DNA of 40,742 nucleotides from Fonticula-like sp. SCN 57-25 (lineage: Eukaryota). The stretch spans positions 62,001 through 102,742 of the forward strand of contig MEDX01000015.1 of the NCBI GenBank assembly GCA_001724245.1. The letters are read 5' to 3'. The position numbers and the translations under genes are program-made. The notes under the pieces are model-generated. The model did not search any database. It saw only the letters and a list, made by a program, of their open reading frames with translations, and had not been told where the DNA came from. Below, in pieces: positions 9,801-21,349 of the stretch (its first letter is position 1; each line of letters starts with the position of its first letter).

Positions 9801-11808
9801 TATTGAGTATCATTGATGATGATGATCATGAGTGTGTATGAGTATCATCTGAGTATCATTGGTATCATTTGAGTATCATTGGTATCATTGTGTATTGAGT
9901 ATCATTGGGTATCATGATGAGTATCATATGAGTATCATTGATTGAGTATGAGTATGAGTATGAGTATCATTGTGTATCATTGTGTATCATTGTGTATCAT
10001 TGATGATTGAGTATCATTGAGTATCATTGGGTAATTGTGTATCATTGAGTATTGAGTATCATTGAGTAATTGTGTATCATTGAGTATTGAGTATCATTGA
10101 GTATGAGTATCATTGAGTATGAGTATCATTTGAGTATGAGTATCATTTGAGTATCACTGAGTACCATGGATATCATTGAGTAACATGAGTAACATGAGTA
10201 TCATGAGTATCATTGAAGAGTAACATGGAACATGCATGAGTATCATGAGTGTCATGAATGTCATTGAGTATCATTGAGTATCGCTGATGATGTTGATGAT
10301 GATGATGATGATGATTGTAATCATTGGTGAGTGTCATTGATGTATCATTGAGTATCATGTGAGTATCATTATCATGTGAGTATCATTGAGTGTTATTGAT
10401 GTATTATCAAGTATCAAGTATCATTCTTCTTCCCTTCCTCTTCCCTTCTTCCCTCCCCCTACTAACATTTTTCTTCTTCAGAACTCCAAGCCCTCTGCCG
10501 CCTCATTGGCCCCAACGGCATCCGCCACATCGAAGAGCGCACCCTCCGCGCCATCACCACGTGGATCGGCGACCTCAAAGACCTCGTCAACCGCAACCGC
10601 GACACCCTAGAGTCACTCCTCCTGCCCACGTGCACCTCCTCTCGCTTTGCTGACACACTCAAACGTGTCCGCCACTGCGACGAAGTTGTGGAGTTGTTGA
10701 TGCAAATTGGATATGCATTGAAATTGCGTGATATGCTTCATGCTGCTTTGCGTGAAACAGTTCGCCAAACATCGCCAGATATACTTTATAGTATCATTAA
10801 TATGCACTCGCAGTATCCGAAAAACACGTTTGGCATGGCAGGATATATTGATGTTGATATGCTTGCGAATGCTGTCGGTGTATTTGACGCTGTTGATGTC
10901 CCATTGCGTGCCGCTGCAGAGCCGCATTGCCGCGACACTGCCAATGATAAGCGCACGTGGGCATTATTGCCTATTATGGTTGCTGCTTCATTGCCTGTTT
11001 TGGCGGGAAATGAGCAGAGTGGGTTTAATCCGAATTTGAATGCGCATGATAATAATGCGACGTTTGTTGTGAATGCAATGTCACGTGTGAGTATTGCAGT
11101 GATGTCATTGGTCAGTGGGGATGAACAAGAGGTGGAGAGGGTGCATTGTGGGTTTGTGGAGGTGGGGGCGGCGGTGCTGCTGAGGTTGGGGGTGGAGACG
11201 CAAAGACCCAAAGAGATCGACGCTGCTTTTTTGCTTTTGCAGGAGGTAAGATTATTGGGGAAAAATGGGAAGGTTTAATGTCTTTTTTGGGGGTTTTTTG
11301 GCACTTTTTTGGTGTTTTTTGGTTCTTTTTTGGTTCTTTTTTGGTTCTTTTTTGGCATTATTGGCATCTTTTTCGGTTCTTTTTTGACGTTATTGGTATT
11401 TTTTTTGGTTCTTTTTTGACGTTATTGGTATCTTTTTTGGTACTTTTTTGGTACTTTTTTGATGTTATTGGTATCTTTTTTGGTACTTTTTTGTCATTAT
11501 TGGTATCTTTTTTGGTACTTTTTTGGTATTATTGGTATCTTTTTTGGTACTTTTTTGGTGTTTTTTGGTTCTTTTTTCCTCTTTTTTTCTCTCTTTTCCC
11601 CCTTTTCCTCACTTTCTCCCCCTTTTCTCCCCCTTTTCACCCCTTTTTCTCACAACTTCTCTAGTTTGCCGATGTGTCGCCTTATATTACGGCCGAGTTC
11701 CTTGAGGGTTGCATGCCTTATGGCCTTATTCGATCGACTCACGCGGACCTTTTGCGTCTTCGTGCACGCAAGCGAATCGTCATCAAGGAAGAATCCGAAG
11801 CATCATAA
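6867..11808 (+). CDS. NCKAP1: NCK-associated protein 1 / Nap1 / Hem (WAVE/SCAR complex). Exons 6867-9147, 9351-9411, 9459-9715, 10482-11245, 11665-11808
   Basis: IAEKLAVLN..GLLAR, KEKPGLVCPK, LGMARDEVLWYFKH, PGDES, ELQALCRLIGPNG, SPYITAEFLEGCMPYGLIR. All four introns keep the frame. Confidence 0.92.
9765..10425 (+). repeat. Degenerate (GAGTATCATT)n microsatellite filling NCKAP1 intron 3
   Basis: Dozens of gagtatcatt / gtgtatcatt / gagtat units. Confidence 0.9.
11280..11650 (+). repeat. T-rich degenerate repeats (TTTTTTGGTAC / TTATTGGTATC) in NCKAP1 intron 4
   Basis: Visible recurring units; G/T-rich start changing to a C/T-rich end. Confidence 0.85.
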
Positions 11809-12039
11809 GGAGTCAAAAAGGAGTGAAATAGAGTGAAAAAAGTGGTAAAAATGGAGTATTTTGGGGCATTTTGGCTCTAAAAGTGGTAAAAAAGGTGCAA
11901 AAAAGGTAAAAAAAGGTGCAAAAAACTGCAAATGTACAGCAGCAAATTACTATTAAAAAGTCTTTTTTCTTTTATTTTCTCTCTTTACACACAATAAAAT
12001 ATATCTTTTTCCCTTCTTTTTCCCTTTTTTTCTTCCTAT

Positions 12040-14993
12040 TCACTCCTTGATAGTCCTTGCAATAGTCCTCTTGAAATACGTATCATTCCTCATCAAATTC
12101 TCATACGTATCCACTTCCACAATCTTGCCCTCTTTCAGCACTGCAATCTTCCCAGCCCCCCTAATAGTCGACATTCTATGCGCAATGATAATCACAGTCC
12201 GCCCTACCATTAGCCTATCAAGCGCCTCTTGTACCAATCCTTCACTTTCCGCATCTAATGCACTCGTGGCTTCATCCAATATGAGTATTTTCGGGTTTTT
12301 TAATAAAGCACGTGATATAGCTATGCGCTGTTTTTGACCACCGGAAAGTGAAATTCCCCTTTCGCCAACATATGTTTCATATTTGGCGGGAAAATTGTTT
12401 ATGAATGTGGACGCATTGGCGCGATTGGCCGCATCAATGATGACGTCATCAGACACATGATCACGTGATGAGCCGTAAGCGATGTTGGATTGGATGGTGT
12501 CTGCGAATAGGACGGGTTCTTGTGAGACGAGGGCCATGTGGTCGCGGAACCAGGTGAGGTTGAGGTCGCGAATGTCGACGCCGTCAACAAGGATGTGGCC
12601 CTAGGGGAAGAATAAGGGGAAGAGTAAGTAAAGAGAAGGGAAAGAAGAAGAGAAGAGAAGAAGAGAAGAAGAGTAGAGTGATAACAAGTACAACAAGTAC
12701 AAGAGAAAGTACAAGTATAATAACAAGTACAACAAGTATGATATCATCATCAACATTGACAACAAGTACAAGTACAAGTACAATAACAGGTACAATAACA
12801 GGTACAAGTACATGTATAATATCATTGACAAGTACATGTACAAGTACAAGTAAGAGTACAAGTACAAGTGCAAGTACACGTATAGTAACAAGTAAGAGTA
12901 CAAGTACAAGTACACGTATAATAACAAGTATCATCACCATCATCAACAACAAGTAAAAGTACAATAACAAGTACAAGTACAAGTACAACATCAATATCAA
13001 CAACAAAAGTATCATCAACATCAACTACCATGTTTGATGCATTCTAGTGTCATTTTGATATCTTTCCAACATCTTTCCAACATGTTTTCAACATATTTCT
13101 TGCACTTTCCAACCACAATCACTATATCGTACCGCTTGAGGGTCGTAAAGGCGCATGAGAAGTGACCCAATAGTACTTTTGCCGCTGCCAGACTGACCAA
13201 CAATGGCCGTGATCGTTCTTTTCAAATCATCAGTCACGTGACATCAAGTCGGTTTGAAACGTACCCGGGCTCGATGGTGAGGTTGAGGTCCTTGAGGATG
13301 CCGGCGGAGGAGCGCGAGGGGTAGGCGAATTGGACATTGCGGAACTCTATGTGGCCGCGAAGCTCATCAAGGCGCTTATTGGCTGGAAATTATGAGAAAA
13401 AAGGTTGAAAAAAGGGGTAAAAATGGTCGAAAAAAGGGGTCAAAAAAGGACGAATGACCAAAAAACGACCAAAAAACGACCAAATTACCACCAAATAAAG
13501 ACCAAATAACATCCAAATAACATCCAAATAACATCCAAATAACCACATATTAACCACAATAACCAACAAATATCCTCATTCTTTTTTCGCACCTCCAATG
13601 TACACTTCCGGTACGCGATCACGCAGCTCAAACACGCGCGCCCCCGCCCCCACGCCCTTCATCAGCTCGCTGTAAAACGAGCTAATTCCGACGACAGAGC
13701 CGCCGACGTAGACCGTGTAGAGCAGAAAAGTGGAAAGGTCGCCGATGGAAATGGCGCCGGACATGACCATGCTGCCGCCGTACCAGAGGACGGCAAGCAT
13801 GCTCGCATTGCCCATGAAATTGGCCTGGAAAGAATTGCGAGGTAAGAAAAGGGCAAGAAAAAGTAGAAAAAATGAAAGTAAATGTACGTAAAATGAACGA
13901 AAGTTGTTTAAAAATGCACGAAAAAGTACCAAAAATGAACGAATTACCGCCAAAAATGCCGCCAAAATCACACAATTTCAACGTAAATCAACGTAATCCT
14001 TTATAAACACCCACAAAAACACCCAAATTTTATTTATTTCATAATTTCACGTACGAGACCGTAAAAACCACCGCTTGCGAGCGCCTCTTTCTTTGCAATT
14101 CTCAGAATTTCAAATGTCTTTTCGGCGTAGCGCTCAATTTCGGCCTCTTCGCGGCCGTTTGCGCGCACTGTCCTGATGCCCGAGATGCGCTCCTCTGCGA
14201 TCTTTGTCGTGTCCGCGAGCGCGTCCTGCGTCTGCTTGGTGAGCTTGCGCACGTAGCGTCCGTAAAAGACGCCGACGAGCGCGAGCGGCGGGACGATCGA
14301 GAGGATCGTGAGGGTGAGCGGCGGCGAGATGACCATCATGAGCGCCGAGCCGATCACCGCCTGCGACATTGTGCGAAGGCCGTCGGCGATGTTGTTTGTG
14401 AGTGTCTTGCCGACGAGCTGCGTGTCCGAGGAGAGGCGGTTGATGAGCTCGCCGGTGCGCTGCGTGTCGAAAAAGCCCATCTCTTGGCGGAGCAGCGAGG
14501 CGTAGACCTGGCGGCGGAGATCGTTCACGATGCGCTCGCCAGACATCTTCATGAGGTACGTGCGCACACCGCCTGCCACGGCGCTCATGGCAAAGGCGCC
14601 GCCGAGCACGAGCACGGTCGTTTGAACGCGCTCGGCAGAGACCGATCCGATCGTGATGTAGTCAATCACCTTGCCCATGCTGAATGGCAGCAGCATGTTC
14701 ACCGAAGTGTTGATGGACAGCAGGCCGATCGACGCAGTGAGCGACTTCCACTCGGGGCGCGCAAGGCGGAAAACCTGACGCATACTCGAAACATCAAGCT
14801 TGCCGCGAGCAGGCGCCGCATTCTCTTGCTTGTCCAACGACGTTGATGCCGTTGAAGCAGTTGCCGCAGATGCGGTCGATGCCGATGCGGCCGATTGAGA
14901 GTCGGACGAGTAGGCATAGCGGCAATACAGCGCGCCGTTCGCTACAGCGCGCGGGGCGATGCGCGCCCCTCTCGCCACGCGCAGCGACAGCAT
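12040..14993 (-). CDS. ABCB10: Mitochondrial ABC half-transporter, ABCB10/MDL1-like. Exons 14993-14055, 13824-13593, 13382-13265, 13217-13133, 12600-12040
   Basis: Arg/Ala-rich presequence, [25 protein letters not shown], Walker [10 protein letters not shown], signature LSGGQKQR, Walker [14 protein letters not shown]-loop IAHR. Confidence 0.92.
12603..13030 (+). repeat. (GAAGA)n then (ACAAGT)n repeats in ABCB10 intron 4
   Basis: acaagtacaagt arrays read directly. Confidence 0.88.
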
Positions 14994-15181
14994 TCGATCC
15001 GTCCGGGTGGGTCGCCGCGTGTTTCGTTTCCCGCGCTTTGACGTTCACTACAGGTCACGTGAACGGCCTTTTTTTGTTGCCCTGCAAGCGGCGGCAGCAT
15101 ACATTAGCGCGCGCGCTGCATCACGGGCCGCTGCTCGCCGACGCGCACGCCTTTTTCTACATTTCTTTCTGAGACTGCACA

Positions 15182-15218
15182 TTGATCACTTTTGATCACT
15201 TTTGATCACTTTTGATCA
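15182..15218 (+). repeat. Tandem 10-bp repeat (TTGATCACTT) x about 3.7, ending at the GTF3C2 start codon
   Basis: attgatcact tttgatcact tttgatcact tttgatcATG read directly. Confidence 0.9.
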
Positions 15219-17881
15219 TGGACATTGACGATGCGTCGGTCGAGGCCGGGGATAATAGTACGCCCCGGCGCCGCGGTCGGCCGCGCAGGGGCGATCCCGC
15301 TTCCCCCGCGGATGCCGCCACGCCCACGCCGAGCAAGCGTCGCATGCTGTCGCGCCGCGATGCCGGCGATGATTCCCCCGAGTATCTTGATTTCACTCCC
15401 GATTGCACCGTGATTGCCGACGGATCGCTCGCGTCGCATGTTCGCGTCCTCCTGCACTCGATCGCCCCCCACTTTCAGCTCACGCTGCAGACGCGCGAGA
15501 GCGGCGGCGAAGACGGCGGCAAGACCGAGCAGCGCCTCGTGTGCCCGATCCCCGGCTGCTCCAAAACCTTTCTCAACATTGACGGCATCATCTACCATGG
15601 CAAGACAACCGTGCATTCCGTGCTCGATGCCCTCGAGTGGGCGCATCCCGCCGACGCCCTCGCCGCTTTCACGCCCGACGCCGACCTGCCGCTCCCCGTG
15701 CGCGCCGTGTGGCGCGTCACCGCCTTTGAGAAGCAGACGCGCGACATCCCCTTCATCATCGGATTCCCAAAAAAAAAGGGCGAAAAGCGCGTCAAGACAG
15801 AGCCGATCGACACGGATGCCGTCGCATCGGGTCGCAGTAACGCGGCAATTCCCGACAGCGTGCCTCTGGCCGTGCGCACGCTCGTGCAACAGGCGGCCGC
15901 GGCAGCAGAGCCAAGTGAAATTCCATTTCCTTTGTGGCGAAGCACGCATGGCGACATCACCATCTGCCAGGCACCGCCCATTGACACTGCAGGTAAAAGT
16001 TCAGTCATTCTTGCCCATCCAGACGAGGGAATCGCTCCATATTCATTAAACATCCTTCAGGGACGCTCAGGTGCGCACAATATACACAGTTAATGTTTTC
16101 TGTTTCCTACCGTGATCATGTTGTGTGCCATGTTGCCATGTGCATGATGTGTTTTGTGTCATATTTGTGACATTTTCATGATATTTTGTGTTGTATTTGT
16201 GACACTTTTCATGATGTTTTGTGTCATATTAGTGACATTTTCATGATGTTTTGTGTCGTATTTGTGACACTTTTCTCTATATTTCCTCATATTCACCTCC
16301 ATATATTCTTACTTTCCTTAGTGTCACCGACTGAGTCTGTCCTTTTCTGCGGCCCCGACCTCCGCGCCATCTCCTTCTGCCCCTCCTCACCCTCCTCTCC
16401 CCACCACTTTCTCGCCACCACCTCCTCTTCACAAGGCACAATCCAAATATGGAACATTGGCGCACTCGACAACGACAAAAATGAAGAAAAAGCGCCATTT
16501 CTCGCAATGTCATTGGTGCATAATGAAGGTGTTTGTCATGACATCGCATGGCTTCCAATATGTGCACAAGACAACAGTGAATGTGAAGGAAATGAACTAA
16601 AGAGACTGGGAATATTGGCGGCGGTGTTTGGGAGTGGAGAGGTGAGTGTGTTTGCGGTGCCAGAGCCAGAGGGGGTGTCGAAGGCTGTCGGGAATGATCC
16701 GCCATGTACGTTGAATATGAGGAATTGAATAGGGAATTGGGAATAAATGGGGGTAATTTGTGTGTATTGTGTGTGTATTGTGTGTATATTGTGTGTGTAT
16801 TTTGTGTCAATGGGGTGTCAATTGGGTATTTGTGTTCAATTGTGTATCGTGTGTTGTGTGTCAATTGTGTAATTTTAACATGTATTTTGGTGCATTTTCA
16901 GTGCATTTTTCATTCTTTTCGCCCCTTTTTCATACATTTCACTCCCTTTCGTTCACTTTTCCTTACCTCTTTTCTCCAGGCATTCGTCTGACCCCCATGC
17001 GCTCGCTTCACTTTCCCTCTTCTCCTCTCTGCCTCTCGTGGCTCCCTTCCCCCTCTGGCGCACACCTCACCCTCGGCACATCCACCGGCGACCTCTGCGT
17101 CCTCTTTTTCCCCTTTTCTTCCCACCCTTTTTCCTCTTCTCTTTCCCTTGAAGTTGTACGCTTTTTTCCCGCGCATTTTGGCGCCATTCGCGCTGCCTCT
17201 TTATGCCCACAAAACCCTCTTTGTGCCGTCTCGTGCGGCGAAGACGGCGCCGTCCACGCGTGGGACCTGAATGACCCAGCCGCGCCGCTCGCACAGAACA
17301 GTTCCCGCAGCATTGCGGCCAGTTGCGGGTGGACGTCCAGTGAGCCACGTGCGTATTTTTGCACGGAAGGAAATGCGGTAAAATTGTTTTGGCTGCAAGA
17401 TCGCTTTAAAGAGTATGCGTCAGTGAGGGTTATTGAGCATGGGGCGACGGCGTGGGCGGCGGAGGCGTCGCCGTGCACGGGAATTGTCGCGTCGGGCGGC
17501 GCGGACGGAACGGTTTTGGTCATTCCGAATTATGCGCGAATTCAAACTGGGCGCAGAAAAATAAAGCCGTGGCGCGTTTTTCGCGTTATTTCGAGGCAAA
17601 AAGTGCAGCAAAATGGACAAGAAATGCCGCAAAATGGACAAGAAATGCAGCAAAATGGACAAGAAATGCAGCAAAATGGACAATTAACGCATGAATATGT
17701 GCTTGAAACGTCCAAAAAGGCAGAGGAATGGAATGCGCATGCGGCGGGCGGGCTGCCGAGGAGCGAAGAGGGGGTGATTAAGGTCACGTGGTGCCCGACG
17801 GGCGGGAAGGCGGGGTGGATGGCGGCGGCGACGGGGGGGGGGACAGTGCACGTGTTTAGCGTGCACGACATGAAAAAGTAG
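15218..17881 (+). CDS. GTF3C2: TFIIIC tauB WD40 subunit (GTF3C2/Tfc6-like) with AT-hook and C2H2 finger. Exons 15218-16070, 16322-16705, 16980-17881
   Basis: RRGRPRR AT-hook, CPIPGC..F....GIIYH....H, IQIWN, RLGILAAVFGSGEVSVFAVPEP (like GTF3C2 RLGLLA..DGKV..FSLPHP), WD40 repeats, and C-terminal VTWCPT..GWMAA..GG.V. Confidence 0.75.
16145..16272 (+). repeat. ~31-bp minisatellite (x about 4) in GTF3C2 intron 1
   Basis: Units of the form atatttgtgacattttcatgatgttttgtgtc. Confidence 0.8.
17604..17683 (+). repeat. Coding 21-bp tandem repeat (QQNGQEM x about 4) in GTF3C2
   Basis: tgcagcaaaatggacaagaaa units. Confidence 0.92.
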
Positions 17882-18288
17882 TGAAGAAATAGTGGGAAAA
17901 GTAGTGGAATAAGATAGCAAAAAGTGTGTTTGTTTAGGTTTGTTTGTGTTGGAACAGTCATATTTGTTGTAGTTTATCGGTGGTGTAACAGTTTAGCAAT
18001 AATACTGAGGCATTTGAAATCAAGTTAAAAGTCACACATATGTGAATGTAAAGTAAAAGATATGTAGCACACATGATTATGCACTGAAAGTGTCATGTAT
18101 CATATGTGAATATGGACATAAAGTGAGTCTTTTGCCATGTATCATATGTGAATATGGACAAAAAGTGTCATTCTACGCCATGTATCATATGTAAATGTAC
18201 ACAAAAAGTATCCTTTTTAACCATGTATCATATACAATGCTTCATTCTTCTTTATATTCTTCATTATTTATTATACAAATATCAAAAA

Positions 18289-20983
18289 TCACGCCAACAT
18301 TCCATCAATTGTATTGGCGAGCTGTTCCAGTCTTTTCACGCCCGACGCGCCGACCCACGCGCGGCACGTGAACGAGTCCAGTTCAGTGTTGACGCGGTCG
18401 AGAAGGGCTTCAAGTTGGGGGCGGGCGAGGGGCTCAAGTCGCTCAGGTTCAATTTCAATCATGGCTGAAAAGAAAAGGAAAATGGTAAGAAAATTGATAG
18501 AGAAAAGGGGTGAAAAAATAGAAAAATTGATTAAAAAAGAGACGTAAAAAAGATAAAATTTGATATAAAAAGAGACGCAAAAAGAGTTGGAATTTTATAT
18601 AAAAGAGACACACAACATCAGAAATTGATATAAAAAGAGACCAAAAATGCCAGAAATTAATACAATGAGACAAAAACATGTCATAACTCAATATAAAAAG
18701 ACACAAATAAAGTCATAAATATATCTATGGCCACGTACACTTTACGTAGAGCTTTCTGAGCATGCGATTGGCCTGTCGGGTTTTATCGCGAAGCCACGCG
18801 ACAAAGTTTGGCGAGCGAAGGAAGCGGTGATACAGTTCGATAATATTGCTCTTGAAGCGCGTCTTGAGCTCGGCGGCATCTGAAAAAGTGAGGAAAAGTG
18901 AGGAAAAAGTGCAGAAAAAGTGAGGGAAAGTGCGGAAAAAGAGTGTAAAAAGAGTGTAAAAAGAGTGTAAAAAGAGTGAAAATGAACTCAAAATGAACAC
19001 AAAAAGAACAAAAAAGATGCAAAAAAGTATAAAATAGACACAAAAAAAGTATCATTTTCTGCTTTAATGTCCACAAAAAAGTATCATTTTCTGCTTTAAT
19101 GTCCACAATAACAATATTAATTTACGTACGTTTTCCCTCGACTGTTGCCAAAAATGCGACTGCCTCGAATGGCAACAACCTCGGCAGCGGCTCAAACGCA
19201 CTCACAGCCCTATTTAACCCCCTTTTTAATACATAAATCCAATACTTTTCCCCACTTTCGTACGCCACACTTGGCACCAATGTCGAAAAATACGTCTCAA
19301 TCGGCTTCAAAAACGCATTCGTCAATTCCTGAAAGTGATTCAGCAGCAGCGCATTCGCCGAATCCTCATCGACATTCCTCTCCATCACGGCTTTTAACAG
19401 CCTCCTATCGACCGACACGTGCCTCTTGTACGCCGTCCTTAACCCAGGCACAAAGTCCAAACTTCCGCCGCCGCCCTTTTTCTTGGCCGCCGCGCCGACG
19501 CGCAGGATGTGCGGCCAGTGCTCGAATGCCTTTACGAAAAACGGGTTTGTGACGCCGAGCAAAACATTCGCGGGCGTTTTTGTGCGCGTCGTGTACTCTT
19601 TAAAGTCGGTGTCGTGGATGGTAAAGTACGGGCGAAAGTCGCCGCCGTACGCGACCGGACTAATTAAAGCGAGCGCGCCGAGAACAACGTCGGCGCACAA
19701 GGCGGGCGACGAGCTCATGACGACGATTGGCTCGGCGATCAGGGACAGTTCCCAGAATGTCCAGAGGTCGGCGAGAATGTCGCGAAAGTCGTGAAAGATG
19801 TTTGCCGCGCAGCTGCTCAGCGAAAACTGGTTTGGCGCGAGCTCAAACGACGATTTGCGCATGGCGCCAAAGCCGACGCTGCCGTTGAGGTGCGCGGGGA
19901 TGGTGTAGTAGAGCATCGAGCCGAGAAAGGGGAGCTCGAGGGGGCTCTCGGGCGTCGTCAGGGGCCAGCGGGCGATCGTGTGCGAGGCGGACTCGAGGAT
20001 GGGGTGGCCGACGTCAAAGTAGGTCGCGGCGAGCATGCGCAGGACCTGGCGAAAGAGGCCGACAAAGGGGCGCTCGGTGAGGAGGACGACGGATTTCTGA
20101 AAGTAGCCGCGGCGGATGCGGTCGTCTTTGCACTGGCGGAAAAAGACAAAGCCGTAGAGGAATTTTTGCTTGGGGGGGGAGAGAGGGTCCGCGCCGCTCG
20201 GCCAGCGGATGCGGAAGGTGTACTCGGTGTCGCCAATTGACGACGAATTCGAGTCGGCAAACGCATTAAAGCAACTAAAAAAGCAGGCCATTTTTAGCAC
20301 AAAAAGCACACTAAAAGCCCTCAAAACAATGCGCACATGTTGGACTTTTCTGATTCGGTAAAGTTGACGGGGGGAAAGACGCACTCGAGGGCCTGGCCGA
20401 GCTCGAGATCGAATGTGACGACGGCAAAGCAGTGCATCCAGCGCTGGAATCTGAGCATGTCGACGGGCGAGAGGTTTGTGGCAGAGGAGGGTACCGCGGC
20501 GGCGTCGACGTCGACGGCGACGGGGCCGACGCCGCGCGCAGCGGATGCCACGGCGGGATCGACCTCGAGCTCGAGCACCTCGTCATCGTCATCGTCGGCG
20601 GCGTCGGGGGCCGCCGTGGTCACAGCGGACGGATCGACCATGCCGCTGTCGTCGACGTCGTCAAAGTAGGACTCGTTGAGGTCGAGCTCGGCGGCCACGC
20701 CCACGATGAGATCGGAATCGTCGGCGGAGAGCTGCTCCTCCTCCTCGTCGGGATGGCTGCGCGTCGCAAGCTCGCTGCTGCGCGTTGAGGGATCGGCCAG
20801 GGGGTTCGCGGACGCGGCAAGATCGGGCAAATTGGGCGTGCTCATCACGCCGGCCACGTGCGTCACCAGCACGTCAGACGCCTCCTGGGAAGCGAAGCCG
20901 GCGCTAAAGGAATCGGGCGGGGCAAGCGACGGCATCCCGGGCGGCGCGCTGTTCAGCCGGCCAATAAACTCGCCGCCAGACAT
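18289..20983 (-). CDS. DENND6: DENN domain protein 6 (FAM116, Rab14 GEF-like). Exons 20983-20337, 20274-19264, 19209-19130, 18879-18739, 18464-18289
   Basis: CFAVVTFDLELGQALE, ICFNAFADSNS, YGFVFFRQ..RRGYFQKSVV, DFRPYFTIHD, LGVTNPFF, LYHRFLRSPNF.AW. Confidence 0.92.
19039..19108 (+). repeat. ~32-bp tandem duplication in DENND6 intron 3
   Basis: cacaaaaaa(a)gtatcattttctgctttaatgtc twice. An AAAAAGAGTGT x3 array lies nearby at about 18936-18978. Confidence 0.88.
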
Positions 20984-21349
20984 GCTTGTACACTCGATTC
21001 TGCGCGGGCGTCTATAACCCGACGCTGCACTCTACGCTACTCCAAAGGAACAACAACCGACGGCGGAGCGCTCCCCTTTCCTGCGGGGCAGCGGGCCTCG
21101 GGTCAGGAGCAGGACGCGAACCGGGGCGCGGCAATCAACAGACCACTTGCGGCAGGGCTGTGACACGTCGATATGTCCACGTGGGTGAGAATCGCGGGAA
21201 AATGAAAGGAAAGTGTGTGAAAATGTCCGGAAATGGCCGGAAAAATATCAAAAATATGTGGGAATTTGTACTTTCAGTGCTGATAAAAGACTAACAAGTG
21301 TCGAAAAATTAAATACTATTAATAATGTACACAAAAAGACTGAAATTAG

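Noticed and set aside
9765-10425. CRISPR array or telomeric tract
   Set aside because: The units are irregular and degenerate with no unique spacers, and they lie inside a eukaryotic intron.
11146-11836. Phe/Trp/Leu-rich membrane-protein-like ORFs
   Set aside because: They are translations of the T-rich NCKAP1 intron 4.
12584-13031. Val/Leu/Tyr- and Thr/Ser-rich ORFs
   Set aside because: They are translations of ACAAGT intronic repeats in ABCB10.
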